A stretch of DNA of 64,000 nucleotides, counting the filler, from Sphacelaria rigidula (Eukaryota): assembly GCA_964200075.2 (NCBI GenBank). It is 4 parts of 4 records of this genome, joined end to end, with 100 filler letters (N's around TTAATTAATTAA, not from the genome) between each part and the next. Parts side by side here need not be neighbours in the genome. Positions count along the whole stretch, not along the records: positions 1 to 15,941 come from CAXNAA020001546.1; positions 16,042 to 31,968 come from CAXNAA020001547.1; 2 more parts are not named here. The stretch is one strand, 5' to 3'. Both the position numbers and the translations under genes were made by a program. This document shows positions 11,701-22,949 of this stretch, one piece after another. The first letter of the stretch is position 1. Each line of letters opens with the position of its first letter. The notes below the pieces were generated by a model. That model made no database searches. It saw nothing but the letters and a program-made list of their open reading frames with translations, and was not told where the DNA came from.

Positions 11701-13964
11701 TGTTTGGTTGGCTCTCCGGCGGAAGGACAACTTCGAGAATTTCTCGCTAGCTACTCTTACCGCAATTGGGCTCGCGACCAACAACAGGAACCGCTCTGTC
11801 CTGCGATAATGCGGTTCTTACGGCTTAACTGCCCCACCCCTTTCCCGGCTGAAATCCTGACTCCCGTGGGCATTCTACCCGCCCCCACCGCCTCTGACGT
11901 GCTCGAGCTGGCACGCAAAGGTACTATCTTCGCGACGGACGACGACGCTCATTTGCTTGTTCGCCGATTCCACTCAAATTTGGACACGGCTGCCACAGTA
12001 ACCACTGCCACTTCGGCACAAATGCGTCTTAACGCTCCTATCCGCATCTATGTCCCCATCATGATGCGTCCAATGGTCATGAAAGGCTGTCACTCTGATT
12101 TGTCCCGCCACTTGGGCGTCACGCGCACGTTAGCGCTCCTTGAACGCTTTCATTGGTGGATCGGCATGGAAACATCCACGCGTTATTGGGTCCGACAATG
12201 TTTCAAATGGCAGGCTCGCCAAACCTCTCCACAGACTGTATGATGGCCGGTGATTTCCATGGAGCTTCCAAACGCTCCTGGTCACTTCGTATCGTTTGAC
12301 TACTTCGGCCCTTTACCCCCAACTGACCGTGGTAATACCTACATTCTACTTTTCACAGAGCGCTTCAGCCGTCACGCGGCTATGTATGCTGTTACTGTTA
12401 GCAATTTCACTGCTACCGGCACCGCGGACATCCTCGTCCATGACTGCATTAAGCACTCTGGCTTCCCGAAACGGCTCCTCTCCGACAATGGTCAACAATT
12501 TTGCTCCGAACTCTCGGATGCTTTGTACAAGCTCCTAGCCATTCGCAAAATTGCCACGAGCGCGTACCACCCCAACGGTAACGAGCGCGTATAGTAACGG
12601 TGAGACTGAACGTGTGAACCACACGATGGCTCAAATGCTATCCATGGTCGTAAACGACCGACAAAATGACTGGGACCTTCACCTTTCGCATGTCATGCTG
12701 TCTTACAACAATTCGGTTAACGCGGCTACGGGCCTCTCGCCCAACGAACTGCATCTTGGACGCTACCCTCGTCTGCCCATCACCGGTTTCGAAAGACGTA
12801 CCTTCGATGGTCACCAAGATCTGGACCAGGATCAGCTGTCCTACCACGACCTCGCCCGCGCTCGTCAGCGCAAGGCTTTCACTTTGGTGCGCGAACAACA
12901 CGATATCAACGCCTCACGCCTTGAAAGATCCAATACCGCCCTCTACAACTTGATGCACAAACGCCCTACTTGGAAAATCGGCAATTGGGTCTGAATCTAC
13001 AACCGTTTGTCCACCATCCGTCAAGGCGCTGACCGCACTGCCCAGGCAACAGTCTTGAAGACGAAACTGTCCGTCAATTGGACGGGTCCGTTCAAAATTC
13101 TCGTAGTCGGACCCTCGCCGACATCTCCTGACGGCAAGCCCGTTGGCGACAAACTCCTCTACCTCGATTTCACTTGTGACCTTCAGGGGCACGATGCTAA
13201 ATCTCGCGTCTCTGTGCAAGCCTTGCACGAACCCGCATGATACTACTGACATGCCTCAATACTTGCCTGCAGGTCTCTCCCAATACGTGCTCAACAGCTA
13301 CTCGACAAGATCTCCACCGTACCACGTTACCACCGATGGCATGACTGAAAAACCTCTCCGCTTGGCCGTGTCCCACATTTTCGGCCACCAAATCGCTCGA
13401 GGTCCTGGCGGCAAAATTCCCATTATGTACAAGACCCACTGACAAGGTCTTCGGCGTGCGTCTTGGGAACGCGAGTCCGACCTTCAATTGCACCGTCGTG
13501 CTATCCTTCTCTATTGGACACAATCCCCACAGCAACAGCTCGCTGACAACAAGGGATATCGCAACATGAGACGCCGCGCCGCAGCCCGCGAACTCCACCG
13601 CGACAAAGGACTACGTTTTGTAGCCGATGGTTACGAATTCGTACCCATCAAACAATGGGACGAAAGGATTCGCGCAAAACAAGAACCGCTCCCTAAAGGT
13701 GCCTACTTGTGGTATAAGGGCAGCGATTACCTCTGGTGGCTAGGTCAGATCCACTCCGTCGATACCCTCGCGACCGACACGTACATCGCGCGTTTCCTCG
13801 ACGATCCTGGACCCGTTCAGCTCAAGCTTCGCCCCGATTTATACACGACCAGCCCCTCCGCACCCCGCGGCTCCTGGTGCCTACAACGCTTCAAATCACA
13901 CGGGCTACGCCGAGATCTTCAGCGCAATATCGATCGTACACACGACATCAATGCACCATCTTAA
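8800..13964 (+). pseudogene. pol: Pol of element A; several stops and frameshifts and a deletion in the RT C-terminus near 10545
   Basis: PR, RT, RH and IN motifs present. LSRLRTH runs directly into VIRPITDLLKK, lacking the LLGH...LSYYR segment present in element C. Confidence 0.92.
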
Positions 13965-14565
13965 GTCCTATCTCTTTGCACTCCCATTATTGCGATTTTC
14001 CTCTCTCCTCCCAGTTTAGTTCTGGTACTTCCCTTGTCCCCACTCAGGTACGCTCTGCTCTTCACTGCTTCACCTATGATGGCTCTCCTATCGCGGCTCT
14101 TCTCTGCCTCATCAACCCCTTCGACGACTTCTGCTGGACCCCTCTCGCCCCCTTCCATTGGCCCCTACGCTGCCACCACCTTGTCTGGCTGGCACTCAAC
14201 CCTATTCGGGTCCTAGAACTTTTGTCTTCCTGCTTGAGAATACCACTGTGTCCTTTGCGAGGTTTTCCTTTGCTTCTTATCTAGCTGGCGCGTCAAAGCA
14301 TTGTGTGCTTTATCCGTTTGTTCGCTAGCTCGCAGCAGCATTGTGTGCTCCTGCGCAGTAAACCGCAATTGCGTACTTGCGATTTTTAAGGCACCTTTGG
14401 GCTTTCTTCTTTGAGGTGTGGGAGGATCGGGCACCGGGCTGGTCCTTGCCCTCTTGTTTTTTTTCGCTTTGTCTCCTCATGACTTGATGGGTGAGACAAG
14501 CCTCAATTTTAGTTGCTCTTGAGATTTCATCGCAACTCGAATAGAGGTTCGTGTGGGTGGGTGAG

Positions 14566-14940
14566 TGTAATGAGGAAGAAAGATAGAGAAGCGTTATTTG
14601 TTCCCACGTGGACAGGTTGGCTCACAGATCCTTCGATCTGTCCACGGAAATGCTCCCTCAGCTCTAGGGAAGGTCGATGTACAAACTACGTCCTGGGAAG
14701 ATTGGTGTACAGACTGGTGTACCCTAGCTGGGGAAGAATAGTGTAGAGATTGGTGTGCCCTAGTCGCGGGGAGGCGAAACGCCTTCCCGGGCCGAGTTCA
14801 AAAATAGGTTGCGCTACCGTGCCTCACGCACACTGGCACACTGTTGAGCTACCCTTCGAGCCGGACCATCTCCTCCTACTGCTTAGCTTTGGTGAGAACA
14901 GTGTGCTGGGCGATCAGGGGAATAACCAGTGAGAGTTACA
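14566..14940 (+). mobile_element. Putative 3' LTR of element A (375 bp)
   Basis: G-rich tract GTGTGGGTGGGTGAG (14551-14565), then TGTAA...TTACA terminal inverted repeat, ~600 bp downstream of the pol stop. Confidence 0.65.
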
Positions 14941-14949
14941 ACATATCAA

Positions 14950-15052
14950 GCCTTTGAGCTCCCTTCATTTGTCTGCTGCTGTGACCAACAGTCACGTGAA
15001 TCTTTTGAGCTGCCTTTCTTTGTTTGCTACTGTGACCAACAGTCACGAGAAC
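14950..15052. repeat. Two-copy ~50-bp tandem repeat, each copy with a GTGAC-CAACA-GTCAC hairpin
   Basis: TTTGAGCT...CTGTGACCAACAGTCACG occurs twice. Confidence 0.8.
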
Positions 15053-15359
15053 CTGCACGTGTGAAACACATAAGCACAGCTTGTTTTACTCGGACATATT
15101 GTATCTCGTGCATCTTCCAAGCTTACAGTGCATTGATATATCAAGGAAGGTGTGTGGATTCTGTCCATACCTCTCCCCATTACAGATTCGAAATTTCGGC
15201 AAAACCAAGATAATGCCCCAAGTCCAGGACAAAAATGAGACTTCAGCTACTCACGTGATGTATCATGTCCGTGTGTGCAGAAGGTCTTCCTGAAATTTTA
15301 GCTCAAGACTCGTCGAATTAGGCCGTGTGCGCAGCATTTTGCGTGAAGCCTCGGCATCC

Positions 15360-15440
15360 TGATAATTCAGCGATGGGAGACTCCAATTATGGAGGTCACG
15401 AGTTCGAATCCCGACAGATTTTCTGTTTTTTTCTCATCCG
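15360..15440 (+). mobile_element. Degenerate tRNA-derived (SINE-like) head
   Basis: B-box GAGTTCGAATCCC near 15400 with a weak A-box-like sequence upstream. No cloverleaf seen. Confidence 0.35.
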
Positions 15441-15941
15441 TCATATATCATGCAGTACATGTTTTTTCATTTTTTTCTTCACCGGCGGTGCCGTGTGTTA
15501 CCAGGTTGGTCTGCACTTCACAGTGATATGCTTACATCGGGCTCATTCGAGAAACTGGCGAAGCTGTGATGTGAGCAACTTTTGGCAGCTTTTAAGCTGT
15601 CCTAGTTTGTCGTGCAATTACGGCCGAGCGTTCGAACTCGGCCCCCGACCGAAATTGAGGACTTGTTAAAAACCACGTGAAGGACAAATCGTGGAACGTG
15701 TCCTGTTTCATCGTACCGTAGCAAAAACACATGCCCTTACGCCCTCTCTGATGTGCTGAAGCTGTCATCAAACTGTGGGCGTAACCTTTGGGAACACGGT
15801 TTTTGGATTGCCTGAGCTGCGATATTGTCGTTGTGTTTGTCTCCGCAGAAAATAATATTAGTCGGCACGCAGTAACAGGCGATCCTAATTTTTGGGGTTG
15901 AAACATAAAATGAGGTTGAAGTCCATTTTCTCCATTGCAGG

Positions 15942-16041
15942 NNNNNNNNNNNNNNNNNNNNNNNNNNNNNNNNNNNNNNNNNNNNTTAATTAATTAANNN
16001 NNNNNNNNNNNNNNNNNNNNNNNNNNNNNNNNNNNNNNNNN
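15942..16041. other. Artificial contig spacer
   Basis: N44 + TTAATTAATTAA (stops in all six frames) + N44. Confidence 0.98.
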
Positions 16042-16071
16042 CGGGTTCGAGAGATCGAGCTAATGTGACGG

Positions 16072-16073
<2 letters not shown>

Positions 16074-16119
<46 letters not shown>
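16074..16119 (+). repeat. (TAA)n microsatellite
   Basis: About 14 tandem TAA units. Confidence 0.9.
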
Positions 16120-16127
16120 GAGTATCA

Positions 16128-16232
16128 CTTGGGTATGGCCTCAATACTCTACTCAAGGTTTGGGTAGATTGAGTACGACCTCAAATATTCTACTCAAATT
16201 TTGGGTAGGTTGAATACGGCCTCAAATACTTC
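16128..16232. repeat. ~41-bp tandem repeat, ~2.5 copies, with internal hairpin
   Basis: Recurring CCTCAA(A)TA-TCTACTCAA-NNN-TTGGGTAG. Confidence 0.7.
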
Positions 16233-16913
16233 ACACAAAAAATTGAATAACAGTATATGACTGTTCGAAAATCCCGAGTATTGAGTATACCCTACTCGAC
16301 CTGCCCTCGAAATGTTTTTCAAATCTAGACCACACAAAGTCGGCCAGCTGAGAGCTACGCCAAAGGCAATACCAAGCTTTGCTACGCGCCATGTACTTCG
16401 TGATCAGCGTGTGAACAGTTTCTAGGTCAGGCATGATATTCGCCTTTGTGACGCTCACCTCACTTTTTTCCCGCGTGCTTCTTGAAATTTGTCTAGACCC
16501 CAACGTGACCCCTTCAACTGGTAACAAGTACTGTACTGGCACCTGTAAAGTTGGATTAGCCTTTCCCGGAAAACAGTCCCCCGCCACATAGCCCGATATC
16601 TTCGGTCGATACCCTTAGATGTGAGGTGGAGCAACCCGTTCGATCACACACCCTCATTAGGTTCTGATCAGCATAAACAACTAGCGAACCGCCTCCAACA
16701 ATGTTTTCGTGAGGTTGAGAGTAGAGCGCTGATTGAAAGTGGATTTTATCATTCGCTTCAACTGACCAATTTTTATTCCGTGTGTGTCTTTCTTTGCCTG
16801 TATCACTGGCATGTTCTTATAGCCGCACGTCGATATCAAACTCAGGAATATTAAGGGCTCCAGTGGCAAGCTAAAGCTACTACAGAACGCACATCGGGTC
16901 TCTTTTCGGAACT

Positions 16914-17183
16914 TGTGACGCCGGCCAGAAGAAGAACTGGTGGATCACTGCTGGTGAGGGACTCCCCAGTCTCACTGGTCTCATTTTCAGTTGTGAGCCT
17001 TTACAACATCTCATTATCAGTAGTGCTCTTCTTGTAGGCACAGCCTCTTAGACGCGCAGGGTATCATCCCCGTGTCCCCGGTCATTATCCAGAATCCTCC
17101 CAGAATCCTCCAGAATCCCCGTGCCCCCAGTCATTATCCCGGTCACCACTACCAACTCAACGTAACGGCGTATTTCTGTCACA
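16914..17183 (-). repeat. 3' LTR of element B
   Basis: Direct repeat of 22194-22460, adjacent to the PPT. Confidence 0.95.
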
Positions 17184-17257
17184 GCACCCCCGAAGCGCGT
17201 TGGACGAAAATCGATCAACAAGCTTCACACATAAAAAACGCCAAAGCGATGAGTAAG

Positions 17258-20200
17258 TCACAACTGAACACTAAACTCACGCGTAATGCGAGCAGCAACG
17301 GCACGAGTCACGCGCAATTCACGCAACTCCTCCGTGAGAAATTCCGGGGCGGCCTCAAAAATATCCTTGAAAGGCTCCCTCATATGTTCCTCAACTTCGG
17401 AACCAACCCAGTCGACCGACACGATCAACGAACGATCGTCTGCTTCTACCACTTGGATAATACCAGCCATCTGAATTGCCCCTGATCAAAAGCGTGCTGG
17501 AACATGTTCTTAACGTCAGCCGTAAAATTAAGCTGCGAGTCTGCAGAAAAACACAAACGAGCTACATGGGCGGTTTGCACACGACCCAAAACAATGTTCT
17601 GAATCTCAAACACGTGCGGGTGGTGAGCACCTACCACTCTCCACGGACCAGTCCAGGTCGCCATCAACGTGGGCTCAACCCCCGGACGACGCACGCGTGC
17701 ATACAAGACACAGTCGGCCATCTCAAAATTCGGCAGTACCAGCCCCGACGAGGACCCCTCATGTCCACGCGCACGTTCAGTGGCAATACGCTCCTGCACT
17801 TGAACGTGGAAACGTTCTTGCAAGTCCAAGACTCCTTGCAATGCACACTCAATTTAAGCACCATCCAAGACATTACAATTCCATTCTCCCGCCGACGAAG
17901 ACGCCAACACCGAGAAAGACGTCCGAGGTGGACGACCAAACATGACGTGGTACGGCGGACTATCGTGACGACGACGATACGTTGTATTGAGCTCCCACTG
18001 CACCGCAGGCAACACGTCCACCCACTCGGAAACCGCTCTACGCTGCTGCTCAAGAAGAATAGAGCGAACAACACGAACTACTTATTTGACCATGCGTTCG
18101 CACGTGCCGTTAGACCACGGAGAATACGCTACCACAAACTGGTGGTCAACGTGCAAAGCCTCTCGCAATCGGACCAAGATCGCATTCTTGAAATGCGTGG
18201 TGGTATCACTTACCCACACACGCAGCACCCCCAAAGTTTTGCATCAATATAGTAAAGATGCAGCAGTCGATTCAGCAGTACACACTGCTACTGGTTTCAG
18301 AGACACGAAGTTGCTCAAATCATCCGTGATTACCAAAATGTTTCGAAACCCAGCATCCTCCGACAAACGATGGGGAGCTAGCGGGCCACTCTCGCCCACG
18401 TACAAGAAGTAAAAAATAAACGACTTTATTCGGCATGGTCCCATGGACCGTTTCACCGAGCGGGCGGGGAACAACACTGCCCGCCCTCGAGTCAGCACAG
18501 TGAAGACACTGGCGCACAAATTTGCGCACATGAGTTTCTATCCTCTGCCAGACATAAAACGCTTGCAAGCGCACGAGCGTCGCAGTCACACCACGATGCC
18601 CGGCGTCGCGCATATGCGCGAAAATCATCCGACGTACCTGCAACTGCTTGCCAGAACTCGGAATCCACAAAATGCTTCGACCACGCACACATGCACACGA
18701 AACAGATCTTCATTGTCCAAGATGGTAGTGCCAACGTCCGACTTGAAAGGTTGCACATCCGCATCTTCGGCCCCAAGGTATTTTCGTTGCGCTTTGTGGA
18801 CAAGAAATTTGGATGGCATCGAGTCATCAGGTTCACACGGACCATACACAGCCACAGCGCGCATAGGCAAAGGCGGAATATTCACCCAACGCGAAAGCAA
18901 GTCACCCTACGCGTTACGGTCACCCGAAATATGGCAAATCGAGAAACAATACTGGCCAAGAACACCTTTCAAACCCTCCAAACGTTGTGCCAACCCCTTC
19001 GACACAGACGCAACGCACGCTTGCGGGTTGAAAATATACACGAGATTTCGGTAATCCGTGAAAATGTGCACGCCATCTCACAGAAGATGCTCGCAACGAC
19101 GAAAAGTGTCCACGATAGAAAAACTTTCCTTGTCAGTTGTGGCCTAACGCAACTGCAAACCCTTGAAACCGCTGAGGAAAACCAGCGGTTCATGCGCCAT
19201 ATCCTCGACCGGCAAGCGTCGTTGCATTTCAATTTTAGGCACCTGCGTGACAAAACTACCCCAACGGCACTCAGATACATGCAGAAACATCAACACCTGA
19301 CAATCAGGACGATGATGGAACAGCGTCACGGCGTGAGCCACCAGATCCTTCGCTGCCGCGCACGCCTGCAGCCTGCCCCCCGTCCACGATGCAGGCGGAA
19401 TAGCCCGTTTTTATGCAACACACTTCGTCCGCCTCGCAGCACCCGCCACAAGTTCTTCGAGGAAAAAAATGCAAGGGAGGTACGGTTTCTGCCATACGCG
19501 GCAACGAGGTACGCAACCAAGTCATGGCCTGCAGGAATTGCATGAGTTCTGCGGCCGTCTCCGGGCAGTGCATGTTAGACAAGCCTCGCAATCTGACAGG
19601 GTCATGAGATACGCGTCCGTGTGAGTACACTTTCCCAAACCACACGAGTTCACTGGCGAAGAATGTGCACTTGTGCGCAGCCGCAAACAAACCGAAACTT
19701 TCTAAACGAGCCAAGGTATCATCAAGCGTGTCTTGAAGTTCGTCTTCCGTGTCCGCAAAAAACAACACATCATCCACCCATATCTTGCATTTTTAGCTGA
19801 CGAGCAGTTCTGTCATGATGCCTTGAAAATATGCCGTGGTATTCAGCACGCCTTGCGGCACTCGCTTTGGAGTAACCAAGCCAAACGAAGTCGTGAGTGT
19901 GAAAACCTCCTGCGCCTCCTCCACGAACGGCATCTGTCAGTAACCTTGGAGGAAGTCCAACTTACCAAAAAACGAGTGCTTAACAGATCATGCATGTCCG
20001 ACTCTTGGTTGGATTTCACACCCGGCGACTTCTCAACCTGCTCATTCACTGCCTTGTAGTCGCTTACTAGACGAAACGAGTCTTTCTTCGGAACCGCCAT
20101 AGCCGGACTGGACCACACCACCTGCAAGTTCCGGAACACCAACCCGAGCGCCAAAAGAGCCGCCAAGCACGATGCCAACCAACTCGACTTCACCAGATCG

Positions 20201-21849
20201 TACCGCCGCTGCTTTGTCTTCACCGCGGACGCCCCAGGTTTTAGCTGAACACGCATGGGCTCCGCGCGCGCAGGGGGATCACCCCGCAGCGCATGACGAA
20301 ACGCGTTGACGCGGCGATGCAATATGCCACGCAGACGCTCCGCTTTTGGGACGCTGAGGCCTTTCGCCACAGCATCCGTCACGCTCTCCTCCAGCGCGAC
20401 CTTCCGAGCGGACTCCTCTTTCGCCGGATCCATAAACATCTCCGGGCGGCGCTCCACCAAGCGTTTGACCGCCGCATCCCGCTCCTCGGTCACTTGCCCC
20501 CTAGCCTCCTGAAAAGCATCTACCGACAAGCTCACGCGATGACTGCCCAAAATGGCGGGCGTCTCCACGTGTGGACCATGCGGAGACATCCGCGCCTTCA
20601 TGAAGTCCCACAACCGCGCATACGGGTCGACTCTAAGGTCCTGAAGCGTCAGCAACCCCAGAAGAATGACACCATCCGACCCTGGCATGATCGCGAACGA
20701 GATCGGAGGCAACGGCGTCGGCCCCCAGGAAGTCGTGAAAGTCAGCTGTAGCGGAACAGTACGCTCTGTGACGGAAACATCCTGACCCGACGCGGTGACG
20801 GCCTGCCGCGCCCCGAGCGAAAACGGGATGCGCAGCGGCACATCCGGGAGAAGACGCTCCAACATCTTTACAATCTGCACCGACAGACTCACATGACTCG
20901 TGAAGTGGGCGCCAGAATCCAACACAGCCCAAACCGCAATGGCTCCACGCTCCCATTGATTTGGAGGATACAGCTCCGCAGGAACGTACTTGTCCGCAAA
21001 CTCTACTAGCACTCTATTCGCCGACCGATGCGCCGCTAATCCCACTTGACGCCACGGCTGCGTAGGCTGCGTAGGCTGCGCAGGCTGTGCACGTGAAGAC
21101 GCCCCGACAGATTCAAACGGCACCGCCGTCGGGCACGACCCCCAGCCAGCAGACCAAGAATTTGGCGAAACTCCGACCAGCGCATCAGCAGGCGTTGCGT
21201 CTGGCGCTGCTGCCGGTGTCGTCACCAGCGCCACCACCGGCGCCGGCGCAGTGTTCGACACTGTAGAAATTGGTTCCACCTGCACCGCGCGTTGTGGAGC
21301 AGCAGCACCTATGTCGGCGCCGGACCCAGAACGAGACTCATGCTGACGCCGCTGCTCCTGCTGCTGCTCTGCTGCTGCTGCTGCTGAGGACTCGCCTGCG
21401 ACTCTCCACCGCCGGAGGATCCGCCGCCGCCACCACGCCGATCTCCTCGTCCTTTGCCCTTGTGGACGATGCTGATGGCGCGTGGCATGAGACTGCCCAG
21501 ACTTTCCACCGGAAGACGTTGGGCAATCGCGCGCAAAATGGCCGACCTGGCCACAACGGTGGCAAGTGCTCGCCGCATGCCCAGCATGCTTCTTGATTGC
21601 CGCAATCATTTCCGGCGGGGTGGTTGTGCTCTTACCATGTTCCACACGAACATACACTCTTTTCATATGCCTCGGCACCTGTTGAGCCATCGACACTACC
21701 TGATGTCGCACTGCACCCTCTGCGTTAGCGTGCTTCACACGCTTACTGTACTCCACGTACTTGGTATAGAAAGTGCGAGATGTACTCTCGGAGTACATAT
21801 GCCCGTGTTGGTGAGGTCGCACCTCTTCCCGCATGACCACGGGCATCAC
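17258..21849 (-). pseudogene. gag-pol of element B, frameshifted
   Basis: ORF fragments 19843-21849 (gag, PR, RT N-terminus), 19304-19777, 19144-19341, 18320-18688, 17446-17841 (WTGPWRV) and 17258-17470. Confidence 0.9.
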
Positions 21850-22193
21850 GCTGGACGCACTACGTGAGCCGATCGCTAAAGCTGCAGCTGGCTACCTGCG
21901 AACCTTTCGCAGGCCAGCGGATCTTCGCGAATTGCACACTTCACCCTTGCTTCGTCGCCGCACCACACAGCCGTAGAAGCCTCCAAACTCCCGCTGCACG
22001 CAACTTCAGCAAGTTTCCAGTCTGTATCAATCACAGGCCAGCCGCTATCTGTAGCTGCCATCAGCTTGAGCCTCCTCCACGCGTCCGTGATGCTTCAGGT
22101 TGTCCCCAGCTACCGGACTCCTCCGCCAAAAGTCTTCCAGCAGGTTCTACTAGCTAATAGCCCTAGCTCTAGCACTAAGACTATTATCGATAT

Positions 22194-22460
22194 TGTGACG
22201 CCAGCCAGAAGAAGAGCTGGTGGATCACTGCTGTTGAGGGGCTCCCCAGTCTCACTGGCCTCAGTTTCAGTTGTCAGCTTTTACAACATCTCATTATCAG
22301 GAGTGCTCTTGTAGGCACAGCCTCTTCGACGCGCAGGGTATCATCCCCGTGTCCCCGGTCATTATCCAGAATCCTCCCAGAATCTTCCAGAATCCCCGTG
22401 CCCCCAGTCATTGCCCGGATCATCACTACCAACCCAACGTAACGACGTATTTTTGTCACA
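22194..22460 (-). repeat. 5' LTR of element B
   Basis: Direct repeat of 16914-17183. Confidence 0.95.
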
Positions 22461-22811
22461 AACTGAAACAACCCATTGGCTAATTGACCGCTCTTCACTC
22501 TCAACCGTATCCGCTACTCTCAATCTCATGAAAGCGTTGTTAAAAGTTCAAAGTCAAGAATTACGTGAGAAAACCGGGACATGCGGAAAACAAGAACCAT
22601 TTCAGTCGCGCACAGACGCCGCGAACTCACCTACAGCTAGCAATAGAAGGTTCAGAGCTTGAATCCCTTCCTCAACGTATTGATCCTTCGCGTAGTGGAT
22701 GACTTTTGCGTCATCCAGTACACAACAAAAAACCACCCTCTCAAAAAAAAGACGACAATTAAGAAAATAACGACAGAAGGAGAAAATAACTTCAAAGCCT
22801 ACTTGATGTTA

Positions 22812-22945
22812 ATATATATATATATTTCCTCACACTTTGAACCCCTCCCCTTCCTCGGGATGAGTCCGTGGTCTCCAGGGAACAACCCATCTCTCCCCCG
22901 GTACGTGCCTTTCATTTTGGTCTCGCGGATTGGGTCAGCACGCGT
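22812..22945 (-). mobile_element. SINE-like 3' fragment with (TA)n tail
   Basis: Minus-strand GTGCTGACCCAATCCGCGAGACCAAAATGAAAGGCACGTACCG aligns to the SINE core at ~38535-38590. Confidence 0.5.
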
Positions 22946-22949
22946 GCGC

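Larger units (their letters stand above)
3540..14940 (+). mobile_element. Decayed Ty3/Gypsy LTR retrotransposon A (gag-PR-RT-RH-IN-chromo-Tudor/PWWP-like); 5' LTR not found, 5' boundary approximate
   Basis: CCHC knuckle 7478-7519, LLDSGS protease ~8945, RT SPWASPLVVVPKKDG ~10105 and YLDD 10456, RNase H LHTDAS ~10710, integrase HLGV/FDYFGP/SDNG/TERVN. Order is RT-RH-IN. PPT and LTR follow at the 3' end. Confidence 0.93.
16914..22460 (-). mobile_element. Full-length decayed Ty3/Gypsy LTR retrotransposon B with chromodomain-like C-terminus
   Basis: LTRs 16914-17183 and 22194-22460 (TGTGAC...GTCACA, roughly 93% identical by manual count). AACT on both flanks. PPT-like GGGGGTGC next to 17184. Motifs CHRCGQVGHFARDC, AVLDSGA, WVDD (19769-19780), GHRG...CLHC integrase, and VDWVG..EE...EP. 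Confidence 0.96.

Noticed and set aside
6559-13442. TGA at conserved Trp positions (6559, 12992, 13440) as recoding or an alternative genetic code
   Set aside because: Element C has TGG at these positions, and A also has other stops, frameshifts and a deletion. Ordinary decay explains it.
15986-15997. TTAATTAATTAA as a biological motif or piggyBac target
   Set aside because: It is embedded in Ns identically three times, so it is an assembly linker.
17476-19545. Long plus-strand ORFs (258, 203 and 284 aa)
   Set aside because: Antisense shadows of element B pol with no recognisable motifs.
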